64,000 bases of DNA, taken from Thermoplasmatota archaeon (GTDB lineage Archaea; Thermoplasmatota; Poseidoniia; Poseidoniales; Thalassarchaeaceae). Under the pieces are notes generated by a model. The model searched no databases. It saw only the letters and a list, made by a program, of their open reading frames with translations, and was not told the DNA's origin. Each line of letters opens with the position of its first letter. Positions within the stretch are counted from its first letter, which is position 1. Where the stretch lies: the NCBI GenBank assembly GCA_036336595.1, contig JAYZFV010000056.1, forward strand, positions 907-64,906, in the 5' to 3' direction. Positions 56,171 to 64,000 of the stretch are shown piece by piece. The translations under genes and the position numbers were made by a program.

Positions 56171-56952
56171 ATGCGCTCAAGAGCTCCTGCCATGGTATCT
56201 AGAGCGTCACGAAGCACTCGTTGGTTGTCCCACTGCGAAGGCCCTCTCTGGCAAGCGATGACCTCTCCCACCAGAGCCTCAGACGCCCTAGCTACCTCAT
56301 CTACAACCGTCACAGATGCCATCATTGAGGTCCTAGAGAGTGGGTTCAGGTCGATTACCAGGACCTCTTTGCCAAGGGCGATCAGGGCCTCGCAACGATC
56401 ACCGTCCTCAAGCGGAACGAGAACAGTGTCCGCGCTCTCAAGGCCCTCTGCGCTGCAAATTGAGCGGGGCCCCTCCAATCCTTCTATCCGACCATCCGCT
56501 TCAGCGCCCATCAGCCGCACTGAACCAACCGCGTTTAACCAGTTTCCCGAGAACCCTTTGGGAGCCCCTTGGCCCTTTAGGGCCTCTTGCTGCTCTGAGA
56601 GGAGTGATAGCAGCCCCGCGATTCTCCCCGGGCTACGATAGTACAGATTTACTTCAATGGGACACCCGATAGCGGCGGCCACGCGGATCAGACTCTCACC
56701 TGCGAGCACCACAGTGTTACCATTGACTGAGATTACGGGACGCGCGGCCGCACGAAGCCGAGCCGCCACCTCGCGTATGGCGAGGAGAGCGGACTCAGAC
56801 GTTTGCTCACCTAGCAGGTAGTCGTAGGCCTCACCACGGCCTTGGGCTATCATTGCAGACTCGGCTAGCAGACCTTTTGCTGCGGCATCAACGAGCTTCT
56901 GCCTAGCCAATAGAGAATCCCTCCGAGGGTGGCTCTCTGGTATTTCTGCCAT
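56167..56952 (-). CDS. Archaeal 4-phosphopantoate--beta-alanine ligase-like (COG1701) protein
   Basis: 261 aa. AQGRGEAYDYLLGE resembles the archaeal phosphopantothenate synthetase family. Assignment is from memory. Confidence 0.4.
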   Translation of the reverse strand: MAEIPESHPRRDSLLARQKLVDAAAKGLLAESAMIAQGRGEAYDYLLGEQTSESALLAIREVAARLRAAARPVISVNGNTVVLAGESLIRVAAAIGCPIEVNLYYRSPGRIAGLLSLLSEQQEALKGQGAPKGFSGNWLNAVGSVRLMGAEADGRIEGLEGPRSICSAEGLESADTVLVPLEDGDRCEALIALGKEVLVIDLNPLSRTSMMASVTVVDEVARASEALVGEVIACQRGPSQWDNQRVLRDALDTMAGALERI

Positions 56953-56958
56953 TCAAGA

Positions 56959-57942
56959 TCACCCCTCAAAGAGCATTGAGAGATCGAGGGGGGAGACTCC
57001 CCTATTGAGGGCGCTCGAAGAGACGACGTCGACGCCGCTTTCCTTCCATTCCGACAACGAGTCCAAATCCACTCCACCAGAGCCCTCAAGCACACACCAA
57101 TGCCGTAGACTGCTTTCGGAAAGCGCCTCGTTAACCTGACGAGCCTCAACGGGTCCCATGTTGTCTAGCAGTATGACGACCCTGGCAGCTCCGCCCCTCC
57201 TTTCCTGTACATGGTCCCAAGCCGAGGCTACCACCAACGCTTGATCGACTTCTCGGACTTCGAACACGGTAAAATCTGAGTGCTCGTCCATGTCCATTGA
57301 CATCACGACCCTCCTCAACGCTTCTGAATCGCCTTCCCCATCCAATCTCATTGCAGCGATGTCGTTCTCCTTGATCATTAGCGCATCGCCTCTGCTCAAT
57401 CTGTGTGTGAGGCCACCTCCGACGTGGACGGCCCATTTGTGAAGAAGCCCCAAATCAGCCTTTCTGGTGGCTGCAACGTCGATTTCTCCTGCGGCCTCCG
57501 ACCAAAGAGCCACATTTGTGGCTATTCCTGAAAGACCGCCTAGAATGTTCAGCAGAATTCGCTCGGCTTGGAGGGCTTGGACATAGCTTCCCCTAAGTTC
57601 GAGGATTAAGTCGCCTTCGGATATTTTGCCCCCCTCGCTGACATTCCACTCGATCTCGCATCCGTGGAAGTGACGTTCCATTAGACGTTCGACAACTGGC
57701 TTGCCGCAGATTCTACCGGTCTGTCGAGATACAACCCTCGCCCCGACCTTTCCCTCTGGACCGTCCCCACCCCCATGCTCATCTGCGACCATCGCATCCA
57801 CCCAGCCGTCGATGGAATTGAGGAAGAGGTCAGTGGGCCCCCCTGTCTCCAAGTCACCCGACCAGAGCAGGGAGGATCGGTCATGTGGGATGGTTTTCAC
57901 GTGATTACGTGACGACGCCATGTATTGAATGGTGCGAAGCAC
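56959..57942 (-). CDS. nadC: Nicotinate-nucleotide pyrophosphorylase (quinolinate phosphoribosyltransferase)
   Basis: 327 aa (N-terminus may be shorter). ERILLNILGGLSGIAT and LLDNMGP motifs of NadC/ModD. Confidence 0.65.
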   Translation of the reverse strand: MLRTIQYMASSRNHVKTIPHDRSSLLWSGDLETGGPTDLFLNSIDGWVDAMVADEHGGGDGPEGKVGARVVSRQTGRICGKPVVERLMERHFHGCEIEWNVSEGGKISEGDLILELRGSYVQALQAERILLNILGGLSGIATNVALWSEAAGEIDVAATRKADLGLLHKWAVHVGGGLTHRLSRGDALMIKENDIAAMRLDGEGDSEALRRVVMSMDMDEHSDFTVFEVREVDQALVVASAWDHVQERRGGAARVVILLDNMGPVEARQVNEALSESSLRHWCVLEGSGGVDLDSLSEWKESGVDVVSSSALNRGVSPLDLSMLFEG

Positions 57943-57961
57943 CGTTAGGCAATCGGCACCG

Positions 57962-58201
57962 TCACTCGACTGCGTCTAGACCCGACTCCGCCGCGGCAAG
58001 GCAGGCGAGGATGTCATCCACAGTCGCCCGCGTCCTTCTCAAGTTCCCAGACGGCACGGTGATTCGTAGTTCGAAACCCTCTTCGCCTTTTGACAACGAT
58101 GCCTCGAAATCGTCCGGGTCGTCGGGGGTGACGGCTGCCAACAGAGCCTCGGCCCGCTCTCTCGAACCCGTCCAGACGATTTCAGCTTCGGCGTTTCCCA
58201 T
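57962..58201 (-). CDS. Pcc1-like KEOPS subunit (tentative)
   Basis: 79 aa. Size and alternating beta/alpha pattern (AEIVWTGSRERAEALLAAV...LRITVPSGNLRRTRATVDDILACLAAAE) resemble Pcc1. Confidence 0.35.
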   Translation of the reverse strand: MGNAEAEIVWTGSRERAEALLAAVTPDDPDDFEASLSKGEEGFELRITVPSGNLRRTRATVDDILACLAAAESGLDAVE

Positions 58202-58270
58202 GCTGCGACAACCTAATGACTACCGAGAAATTTCATCATTCCCAACGCTCAACCAGAATAGTCGGGCATC

Positions 58271-59389
58271 TCAAACTCCCCAGAACCTGTTTCCAGAACC
58301 CAGGTCATCGTCTTCGGAGAATGATTGAACGACGGTCCTAAGAAAATAGTAGAGCACGACGGAGAATATTGGGAGCCCCCAATCATCCGAGACCTGCGAG
58401 ACCACGAGGACGTAGTCACCTTGAGTGATGACTTGGAGAGCAACCTTGAGTATCGCGTCCGCGAAGGTGTAGACCACGCCGCTCAGACCGACGAGCAGCA
58501 CGCTCCGACCAGTGAAGGTGCCCTCCTTCCAGCGTAAGACACCTAGGGAGAGTGCGAACGAGAACAGCGAGATCAGAATCCATGGGAGAACATCATCGAG
58601 AGTTTTGGTGATCAGCCATAGGAGTCCCTCATTGGGGACGGGACCAGTCATTTTCTGGTATGAAAGGAGCACCGCGAGGAGTAGTGAAACAATCGAGAGC
58701 CCCCAGAGCAAAGAAGAGAAGAGTCCCCCCGTCGCGCTCTCCCTCATGTCCATCATCAGGCGTTCCATCTGCTGCTCCCACCCAAGCCCCTTTCCGAGGA
58801 GCCAGATTCCAATAATGAGTGGTAGCGCCCCGATGAGCATGATGCCATTTGGCAAGATAAGCCCAAGGCCTAGAATCATCAGGAACACGGCCAACGGAAC
58901 CAGTAGTCGAGCCCGGAACCTAGGGTCCTCCACGGCCTTGATGATGTAGTAGTAGGTCCCTTCTATGCCCTTGGACTGCCTGACGATTATCTTCTCTACA
59001 GTATCGACCCTTATCCTCGAAGTAATGATTGGCAGAGACGCCTCGTCGTCTGCCCCATCCGTAACCAGAAGTGCACTGTCGGGCTGGAAATCTTGAATGA
59101 CCTCGTCCAGCTGGCTGGCGATTGCCCGGTCGCTCCTCGGTCCGACCCTCACGTCGCCGGTGAGGATTGCGATCTCGACCTCGTCATTGGCCTCTGCGCC
59201 TTCCGCTAGGCGGTCGTGGTGGTGCAGCGCGCCCAGTATTGCGTTGGTGTCGGATTCCTCGGGATCAGCAATGCCCAGCCTCAAGGCGGCAGTCAGCGTG
59301 GATTTGCGTCCTACCACTGGCCCCCTGATTCCAGACTTGACACCGAGGTCGTTGTCCCTATCGACTGTCAGGACGAGCGTGCGAACCAT
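58271..59389 (-). CDS. DUF373-family archaeal membrane protein
   Basis: 372 aa. N-terminal LVLTVDRDNDLGVK...ADPEESDTN soluble domain followed by multiple TM helices. Confidence 0.5.
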   Translation of the reverse strand: MVRTLVLTVDRDNDLGVKSGIRGPVVGRKSTLTAALRLGIADPEESDTNAILGALHHHDRLAEGAEANDEVEIAILTGDVRVGPRSDRAIASQLDEVIQDFQPDSALLVTDGADDEASLPIITSRIRVDTVEKIIVRQSKGIEGTYYYIIKAVEDPRFRARLLVPLAVFLMILGLGLILPNGIMLIGALPLIIGIWLLGKGLGWEQQMERLMMDMRESATGGLFSSLLWGLSIVSLLLAVLLSYQKMTGPVPNEGLLWLITKTLDDVLPWILISLFSFALSLGVLRWKEGTFTGRSVLLVGLSGVVYTFADAILKVALQVITQGDYVLVVSQVSDDWGLPIFSVVLYYFLRTVVQSFSEDDDLGSGNRFWGV

Positions 59390-59425
59390 GGTCCCCTCCG
59401 TTTGCTATTACTAGGGTCCTTCCAC

Positions 59426-60595
59426 TTATGAGGAATTGGCCGAACTGCTCCCCTCCCCCTCGTCTACTGTAGCCTCGGGCGTGGTCGTGTCTTGATATCG
59501 CCGCCTCTGCTTGACCCTGATGTACTTCAGGGGATGCGTCATCCACTCTTGATCGCATAGTGGATCGTCCCCCACTTGAACGGGGCATCTGGCATTAGTC
59601 TTCAGCGCCGGGCATCCATGGGGGGTGTACTCGCGTTCGTAAATCTGGTTAACCTGGTAGGAAGTGGTATCGGCATCAAAGTCGGGTGCATTGGCAAAGA
59701 AGTTGCAAGCCTGTTCCCGCGGGAGTCCGAGGGCACGTGAGAATGCTGCTAGGAATACCCGGCCTACATGGTTGACATTGACCCCTTGGTTCAACTCGGA
59801 GACTGCCGATTCGAAGCATGGCGGCCAATCATCGCGAATTGCAGCGGTCATCGGCATCTCAGCCTCGACACGTTCTGATAGAAGTCCCGTGATGCGCTCA
59901 ACGGGTTCGGCGAACCTTGCCGCGGTCTCGTCATCCATCCTTTCCATTCTATCTAGGCAGCCCTGGTGAAGATGCTCTCGAATTCTTTCCTTGATCAGCC
60001 TTGCAGTTCTCTCTCTGCTCGACTCCCCAGCCCCTGCATTCAAGCATACCCACCCACCAATCACCGGCCTGTTTACCAGCCTCCAGTAGTTGCCCGAGAT
60101 GCGCGGGCACAATTCGACGAAATCAGCTAGTGGGACCCAGTACTCCACGTCCCTCGCCACATTTCCATCAGCTCTGATGCCGGAGAGGTACGAACCGGAG
60201 ATCAAGGGGAAACTACCACTATCGATTCCCAGAAGGCGATCGGCTCTGCCAGCCTCTCCCTCGATCCACCTTGCGAGCAGCCTTTCATCGAACGAGGCAC
60301 AAACAACTAGCATCGCGTGTAGAAATGAGAGAGCCTCCGTCATCCTCCCAATCTCGGTCGATAAATCGATGGTCGAGGACTCATCGACGCCGTCCTCTTG
60401 AAGCACCGAATCCACTAATCTGATTCGACCCCTAACCCTCACATCCTCGAGCCACGGGGCCTCTATTAGCTCCTCAATCGAAATTCCGTTTTCCTCCAGC
60501 ACCCTCTTGATGAACTCGCTGCCCTGAGGAAGAAACGGGTAACGGGCGAGCAGCCCGTCGTCGTCGATATGCGGAAGGACGAGAGGCATGGGCAT
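59426..60595 (-). CDS. priL: DNA primase large subunit PriL
   Basis: Start at ATG 60595. N-terminal YPFLPQG and C-terminal Fe-S domain pattern DDWPPCFESAV...HGCPALKTNARCP. Confidence 0.55.
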   Translation of the reverse strand: MPMPLVLPHIDDDGLLARYPFLPQGSEFIKRVLEENGISIEELIEAPWLEDVRVRGRIRLVDSVLQEDGVDESSTIDLSTEIGRMTEALSFLHAMLVVCASFDERLLARWIEGEAGRADRLLGIDSGSFPLISGSYLSGIRADGNVARDVEYWVPLADFVELCPRISGNYWRLVNRPVIGGWVCLNAGAGESSRERTARLIKERIREHLHQGCLDRMERMDDETAARFAEPVERITGLLSERVEAEMPMTAAIRDDWPPCFESAVSELNQGVNVNHVGRVFLAAFSRALGLPREQACNFFANAPDFDADTTSYQVNQIYEREYTPHGCPALKTNARCPVQVGDDPLCDQEWMTHPLKYIRVKQRRRYQDTTTPEATVDEGEGSSSANSS

Positions 60596-60651
60596 GGGTG
60601 ACAATAGTCCGCGAGGGTTCTTCAATACTCACCGAGCCCTTCCACTGGAGC

Positions 60652-61416
60652 ATGTCAAGCCGCAAAGGACCAACAGACCTATCGCCCATTGACCCAGTAT
60701 TGATTGAGTTGCAGGACGAAGTCCGAGAGTTCTTCGATTGGGACCTTGGGGGCGACGTGGATAGCGCCGAGCTCCTGCTCGCGAGAGTCGAGGAGTCGGA
60801 AATTGATATGTGGGCTAGGCACAACCGCCTTGTAGCCATAGCCCGACTCTTCCGAAGGCTGGTTATCAGAGATTCTGAGATAGCAGTTCTCGGATCCGCA
60901 ATAGAGCCCGATGAATTGATCCCGACTCTTGAACGCCCGACCCTATTCGTAGCCGCCGACGGCGCTTCCGGGGTATTCTCCGAGTTACCCGGTTCGCTGT
61001 CAGAGAAGGCGTGGTCACGCCTCGTCTGCGTCGTGAGTGATGCCGATGGGGGGGATGGGACAGAACAGGCGGTCAAGCGATCCGTCCCTTTCGTTCTCCA
61101 CGCCCATGGCGACAACAAGCAAGACTGGGGTGCATTGTTGGACATCGCCGAGACCATGGCTAACCCACCCAGCCTCGTGCTAACGCATCAGGCACCCAAG
61201 GCCATTGATGGGATGCACAATCCGGGAGGCTTCACCGATGGGGACAGAGCAGTCTGTTTCCTCAGGGCGCTCGGCGTCAGAACGGACCGAATCTCAGTGC
61301 TAGGGACGAGGACCGATCTTGTTGGTCGTTGGTCGGGAGCTACCCAAGAGCAAACAAAACTCCAGAAACTGAGCTGGATGGCTAGGTTCTTGGACATCCA
61401 AGGAGTAGAGTGGTGA
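60652..61416 (+). CDS. mptE: 6-hydroxymethyl-7,8-dihydropterin pyrophosphokinase, archaeal MptE-like (DUF115)
   Basis: Internal ATG at 60652. LFVAADGASG, VVSDADGGDG, LHAHGDN motifs. Confidence 0.5.
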   Translation: MSSRKGPTDLSPIDPVLIELQDEVREFFDWDLGGDVDSAELLLARVEESEIDMWARHNRLVAIARLFRRLVIRDSEIAVLGSAIEPDELIPTLERPTLFVAADGASGVFSELPGSLSEKAWSRLVCVVSDADGGDGTEQAVKRSVPFVLHAHGDNKQDWGALLDIAETMANPPSLVLTHQAPKAIDGMHNPGGFTDGDRAVCFLRALGVRTDRISVLGTRTDLVGRWSGATQEQTKLQKLSWMARFLDIQGVEW

Positions 61417-62598
61417 TCAACTCACTTCGAAGGTTCCAGCTTCAACCTGAGAACCATCGCTGCTAATGGTACCCGGAATCTCCTCCACGTCTCCACGGTT
61501 GTTGATCGAGACCGTGAACTCCGTATCCCCCTCCTCGCCCTCTGCTTCGAAGTGCTGGACCATGACCGAATAGATTCCTGCAGGGGGGCCCTCGGTCCAT
61601 GACACCACCTGATTGCCCTTGTTCGGATCGTAGCCGTCGATGTCGAAGGACCCTCCCGTCGGCCCATCTGGGCTGAAGAACGAGATGACATCTCCATCCG
61701 GAGAAACCACAGACAGCCCCAGATCACTGGATGAATCCCAGTTTAGGGTGACAGAAACCCCCTCTCTCACGGTACCGACCCTACGCCGCAGGGCATCGAC
61801 TTCCTTGGCCTCGGCAAACTCCTCGGTTTCCCCTACGGCAGCCTCCTGCGGAGCCCCCTCCTCGTCCCCTTCCCCAAGATCAGCGATGGCGAACTTTGCT
61901 ACGAACTGCAGGTCGTTGCTCTTCTCTATCGTTCCCTCGTAGAATCGCTTGCTTTCTCCGATCGAGACGCTTACGGTGTAGTCGGTTGCATTTTTCATAT
62001 GCAGCCTAGAGAGCAGTGGAGCCCATGCGAACAGGCCACGCTTGTGTATCTTGTAGTGGCGAATACCTATCCGGTAAACCCCCGCGGGCGGGGTCCGAGT
62101 CCAGACTATGTTCTCGATGGGCGTCTTGGAAGTCGGCTTGAAGTTCATGTCAATGTCCAATTCTCCCTCGCAAGTCGACTTCCTGTTGTCGTGGTAGATA
62201 TGCTCCCCAGAGGGGGTGATGAGGTGGAGGTCCAGGTCGTTCCAGTTGTTCCACATTAGGCTGATTTGCACCGCACCTCTCTTCGCCCCCTCCCTCTCGA
62301 GCCGCTTCTCGAGAACCGAAACATCTCGGCTACTGACTTCAGCCTCCTGCACCCCTTCACCTATGGACGACCCTTCGCCGAGGGCCTCCGTAGTGGTTGG
62401 AACCAGAGACCGGTCCCTCCTCGAGCCGCTCCTGCGTCGCCTGGCCCTAGCTCCTTCGGAGATGTGTTCCGGTAGATTGGTTCGGGTGGATGGCAGGATG
62501 GTTCGTCGCTTCCCGGAACGGGCAATCCTGTAGATGCCATGCAGGGTAGCAGCGAGGACGATGACGATGATGACGATGGACAAGAGGTCAATGGCCAC
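61417..62598 (-). CDS. Membrane-anchored protein with two DUF2135-like repeat domains
   Basis: 393 aa. N-terminal TM helix and basic stretch. Two repeats (ISLMWNNWNDLDLHLITPSGEHIY...PAGVYRIGIRHY; VTLNWDSSSDLGLSVVSPDGDVIS...PAGIYSVMVQHF). Confidence 0.45.
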   Translation of the reverse strand: MAIDLLSIVIIVIVLAATLHGIYRIARSGKRRTILPSTRTNLPEHISEGARARRRRSGSRRDRSLVPTTTEALGEGSSIGEGVQEAEVSSRDVSVLEKRLEREGAKRGAVQISLMWNNWNDLDLHLITPSGEHIYHDNRKSTCEGELDIDMNFKPTSKTPIENIVWTRTPPAGVYRIGIRHYKIHKRGLFAWAPLLSRLHMKNATDYTVSVSIGESKRFYEGTIEKSNDLQFVAKFAIADLGEGDEEGAPQEAAVGETEEFAEAKEVDALRRRVGTVREGVSVTLNWDSSSDLGLSVVSPDGDVISFFSPDGPTGGSFDIDGYDPNKGNQVVSWTEGPPAGIYSVMVQHFEAEGEEGDTEFTVSINNRGDVEEIPGTISSDGSQVEAGTFEVS

Positions 62599-62787
62599 GC
62601 GACCGAACGTGCGCGCTGTCTTTTGATAACATCGGTCGAACAGACCCGGCTCTCAGGCCAAAACGGATGCTACCGCCGGTTGTTTCATAATCATAGCAAG
62701 TCTCCTCTGCGAGGAGGGGAGCGGTAGCAATGGGAATATTCGGAATCTCAGTCAGCAGACAACCCCTATCATATCGGAGGTAGCAGG

Positions 62788-64000
62788 GTGAGGAGAGCAG
62801 CGGTCCTCGTCGTCATGCTGTTCGTTCTGCCGTTGCTCACACAGACTTCCAGCCACTCGGTGGACCCACGTGCTCAGTCGACATTGGGAAGGTCCACCGA
62901 TGCAGATGTCGCAGTGACCGACCTGAACGTCACGACACCGTCGGTCATGATTTCTGGGGTACCCACTCTCGCACCGCAGACCCACATCATACGGGTAAGC
63001 ATACTGAACCTTGGCGGCTCTTCCGCAGACGGAAACCTTACCCTCGAGGCCAATACTGGCTCGGGCTTTGCAGAGGTGGATGAAAGGGTAATCAGCATCA
63101 ACCCCGGACAGCAAGAGGTTCACCTGCTCTATTGGGACGCTACCGCAGGCTCCGGATACGGATTGAGGGCGGTTTGGGACGTTAACCTGTCGATCTCAAC
63201 CGATTCCGACGCGAGCAACGACGAGATTACAATGTCTGGTATCAACGTCATTTCTGTGGAGGACGCACTACCCATCGCAGACTCCCTACCAGATAATGGA
63301 GACACGATGGCTAGGGCGCAGTGGGTGGGTGGCATCACCGTGGTTAACGCGGGCAACCAGCCGGTCAACGTGACTGCACAACTGGCTCTTACCTCCACAT
63401 CATCAGGAGACCAGATGCAGATTCAATCGACCACGGCGGAGGTGCCAGCTGGGAGCCTCGCCAATCCCCCCGAGCCTCAGAACCTCTCCCTCAGCTTCGA
63501 CGGCACGAACCTGGAGGGAACCTACACCTTGTCGGGGAGCCTACTGGTTACAGGACCCTCTGGGACCCCGAGCACCGTCACCATCGATTCACGCACCGTC
63601 TCGTTCATCGCGCTGAGGGCCACGCTGATAGCCGCTAGCAACAGGAACATAGATCCCGGTGGCGAGACCATCCTCAATTTCATACTGCAGAACTCCGGTG
63701 ACGAGGGGGACAACTTCACCGTCACCCAGAGCAACACCTCCTCCCCCGGCGAGTATTGGGCAAACGTCTCGTCGACCATCCATTCCACAAGCGACCCGTT
63801 GTTCGTCGACTCCGGGGATACCGTGGCAATCCAGGTTCCCGTCGAGGTTCCATCAGACGCAGCCATCTCCGAGTCGGTGCGAATCACCGTCGCTGTTCAG
63901 AGCCACGCGGCTGGCTACGTGCTCGACGCGAGCTCCGTTGTCATGGCCGGCGGCTTGTACCAGTCCGAAATAACTCAGAATCACAGCCACCCCAGCGGCG
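62788..64000 (+). CDS. Large secreted cell-surface (S-layer-like) glycoprotein, 3' partial
   Basis: GTG start at 62788 preceded by GGAGGT, with an in-frame ATG at 62815. Signal peptide VRRAAVLVVMLFVLPLL. Open frame to the window end (>400 codons). At least 7 N-x-S/T sequons and repeated Ig-like/CARDB-like segments. Not in the ORF track because no stop lies within the window. Confidence 0.5.
   Translation, partial: MRRAAVLVVMLFVLPLLTQTSSHSVDPRAQSTLGRSTDADVAVTDLNVTTPSVMISGVPTLAPQTHIIRVSILNLGGSSADGNLTLEANTGSGFAEVDERVISINPGQQEVHLLYWDATAGSGYGLRAVWDVNLSISTDSDASNDEITMSGINVISVEDALPIADSLPDNGDTMARAQWVGGITVVNAGNQPVNVTAQLALTSTSSGDQMQIQSTTAEVPAGSLANPPEPQNLSLSFDGTNLEGTYTLSGSLLVTGPSGTPSTVTIDSRTVSFIALRATLIAASNRNIDPGGETILNFILQNSGDEGDNFTVTQSNTSSPGEYWANVSSTIHSTSDPLFVDSGDTVAIQVPVEVPSDAAISESVRITVAVQSHAAGYVLDASSVVMAGGLYQSEITQNHSHPSG

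Noticed and set aside
62752-63887. Minus-strand ORFs 62752-63123, 63129-63398, 63522-63887
   Set aside because: They are antisense to a single long plus-strand frame with an SD, signal peptide and sequons (the surface glycoprotein). None has motifs.
1-64000. CRISPR arrays, rRNA, transposases, integrases and prophage genes
   Set aside because: No direct-repeat arrays were seen in any intergenic region. No ORF carries DDE transposase, tyrosine or serine recombinase, or phage structural motifs.

Overview
Dense, high-GC (~60%) chromosomal segment from an archaeon. The archaeal call is inference from gene content (Nre, archaeal DnaG, PriL, a group II chaperonin, geranylgeranyl reductase, deoxyhypusine synthase, Pcc1-like, MptE, DUF373). 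Signal peptides with lipobox-like Cys and no twin-arginine motifs argue against a haloarchaeon; a Thermoplasmatota / Marine-Group-II-like euryarchaeon is my low-confidence guess. I support about 67 CDS and two tRNA genes on the minus and plus strands (Leu-GAG, Cys-GCA). I see no rRNA, CRISPR array, transposase or integrase. The backbone is housekeeping: partial moeA, nre, uvrA, kynureninase, thrC, two Cys/Met PLP enzymes plus cysteine synthase, purH and purN, mobA, dnaG, enolase, DHS with AdoMetDC and an aminotransferase, RNase HI, gcvH, an isocitrate/isopropylmalate dehydrogenase-family enzyme, nadC and PriL. The accessory content is what stands out. First, a ~6.5 kb island of lower GC (~50%) at 23.1-29.7 kb carries three sulfotransferases, a SAM-dependent methyltransferase, a GT2 glycosyltransferase and a secreted C-terminally anchored surface protein, which looks like a glycan sulfation and methylation module. 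Second, a fourth sulfotransferase sits in another AT-rich patch beside an Lrp/AsnC regulator and a palindromic operator-like site. Third, an Eco57I/TaqI-family gamma-class N6-adenine methyltransferase-like protein with an apparently atypical motif IV (SRPPW) is paired with an acidic coiled-coil protein of unknown function. Fourth, two tandem BNR/Asp-box lipoprotein paralogs lie next to kynureninase. Fifth, a palindrome-rich structured leader precedes dnaG. Sixth, a membrane-tethered zinc-finger protein abuts tRNA-Leu. Seventh, a large N-glycosylation-sequon-rich surface protein runs off the end of the window. Many long antisense ORFs in the six-frame track are GC-driven artefacts and were not called.
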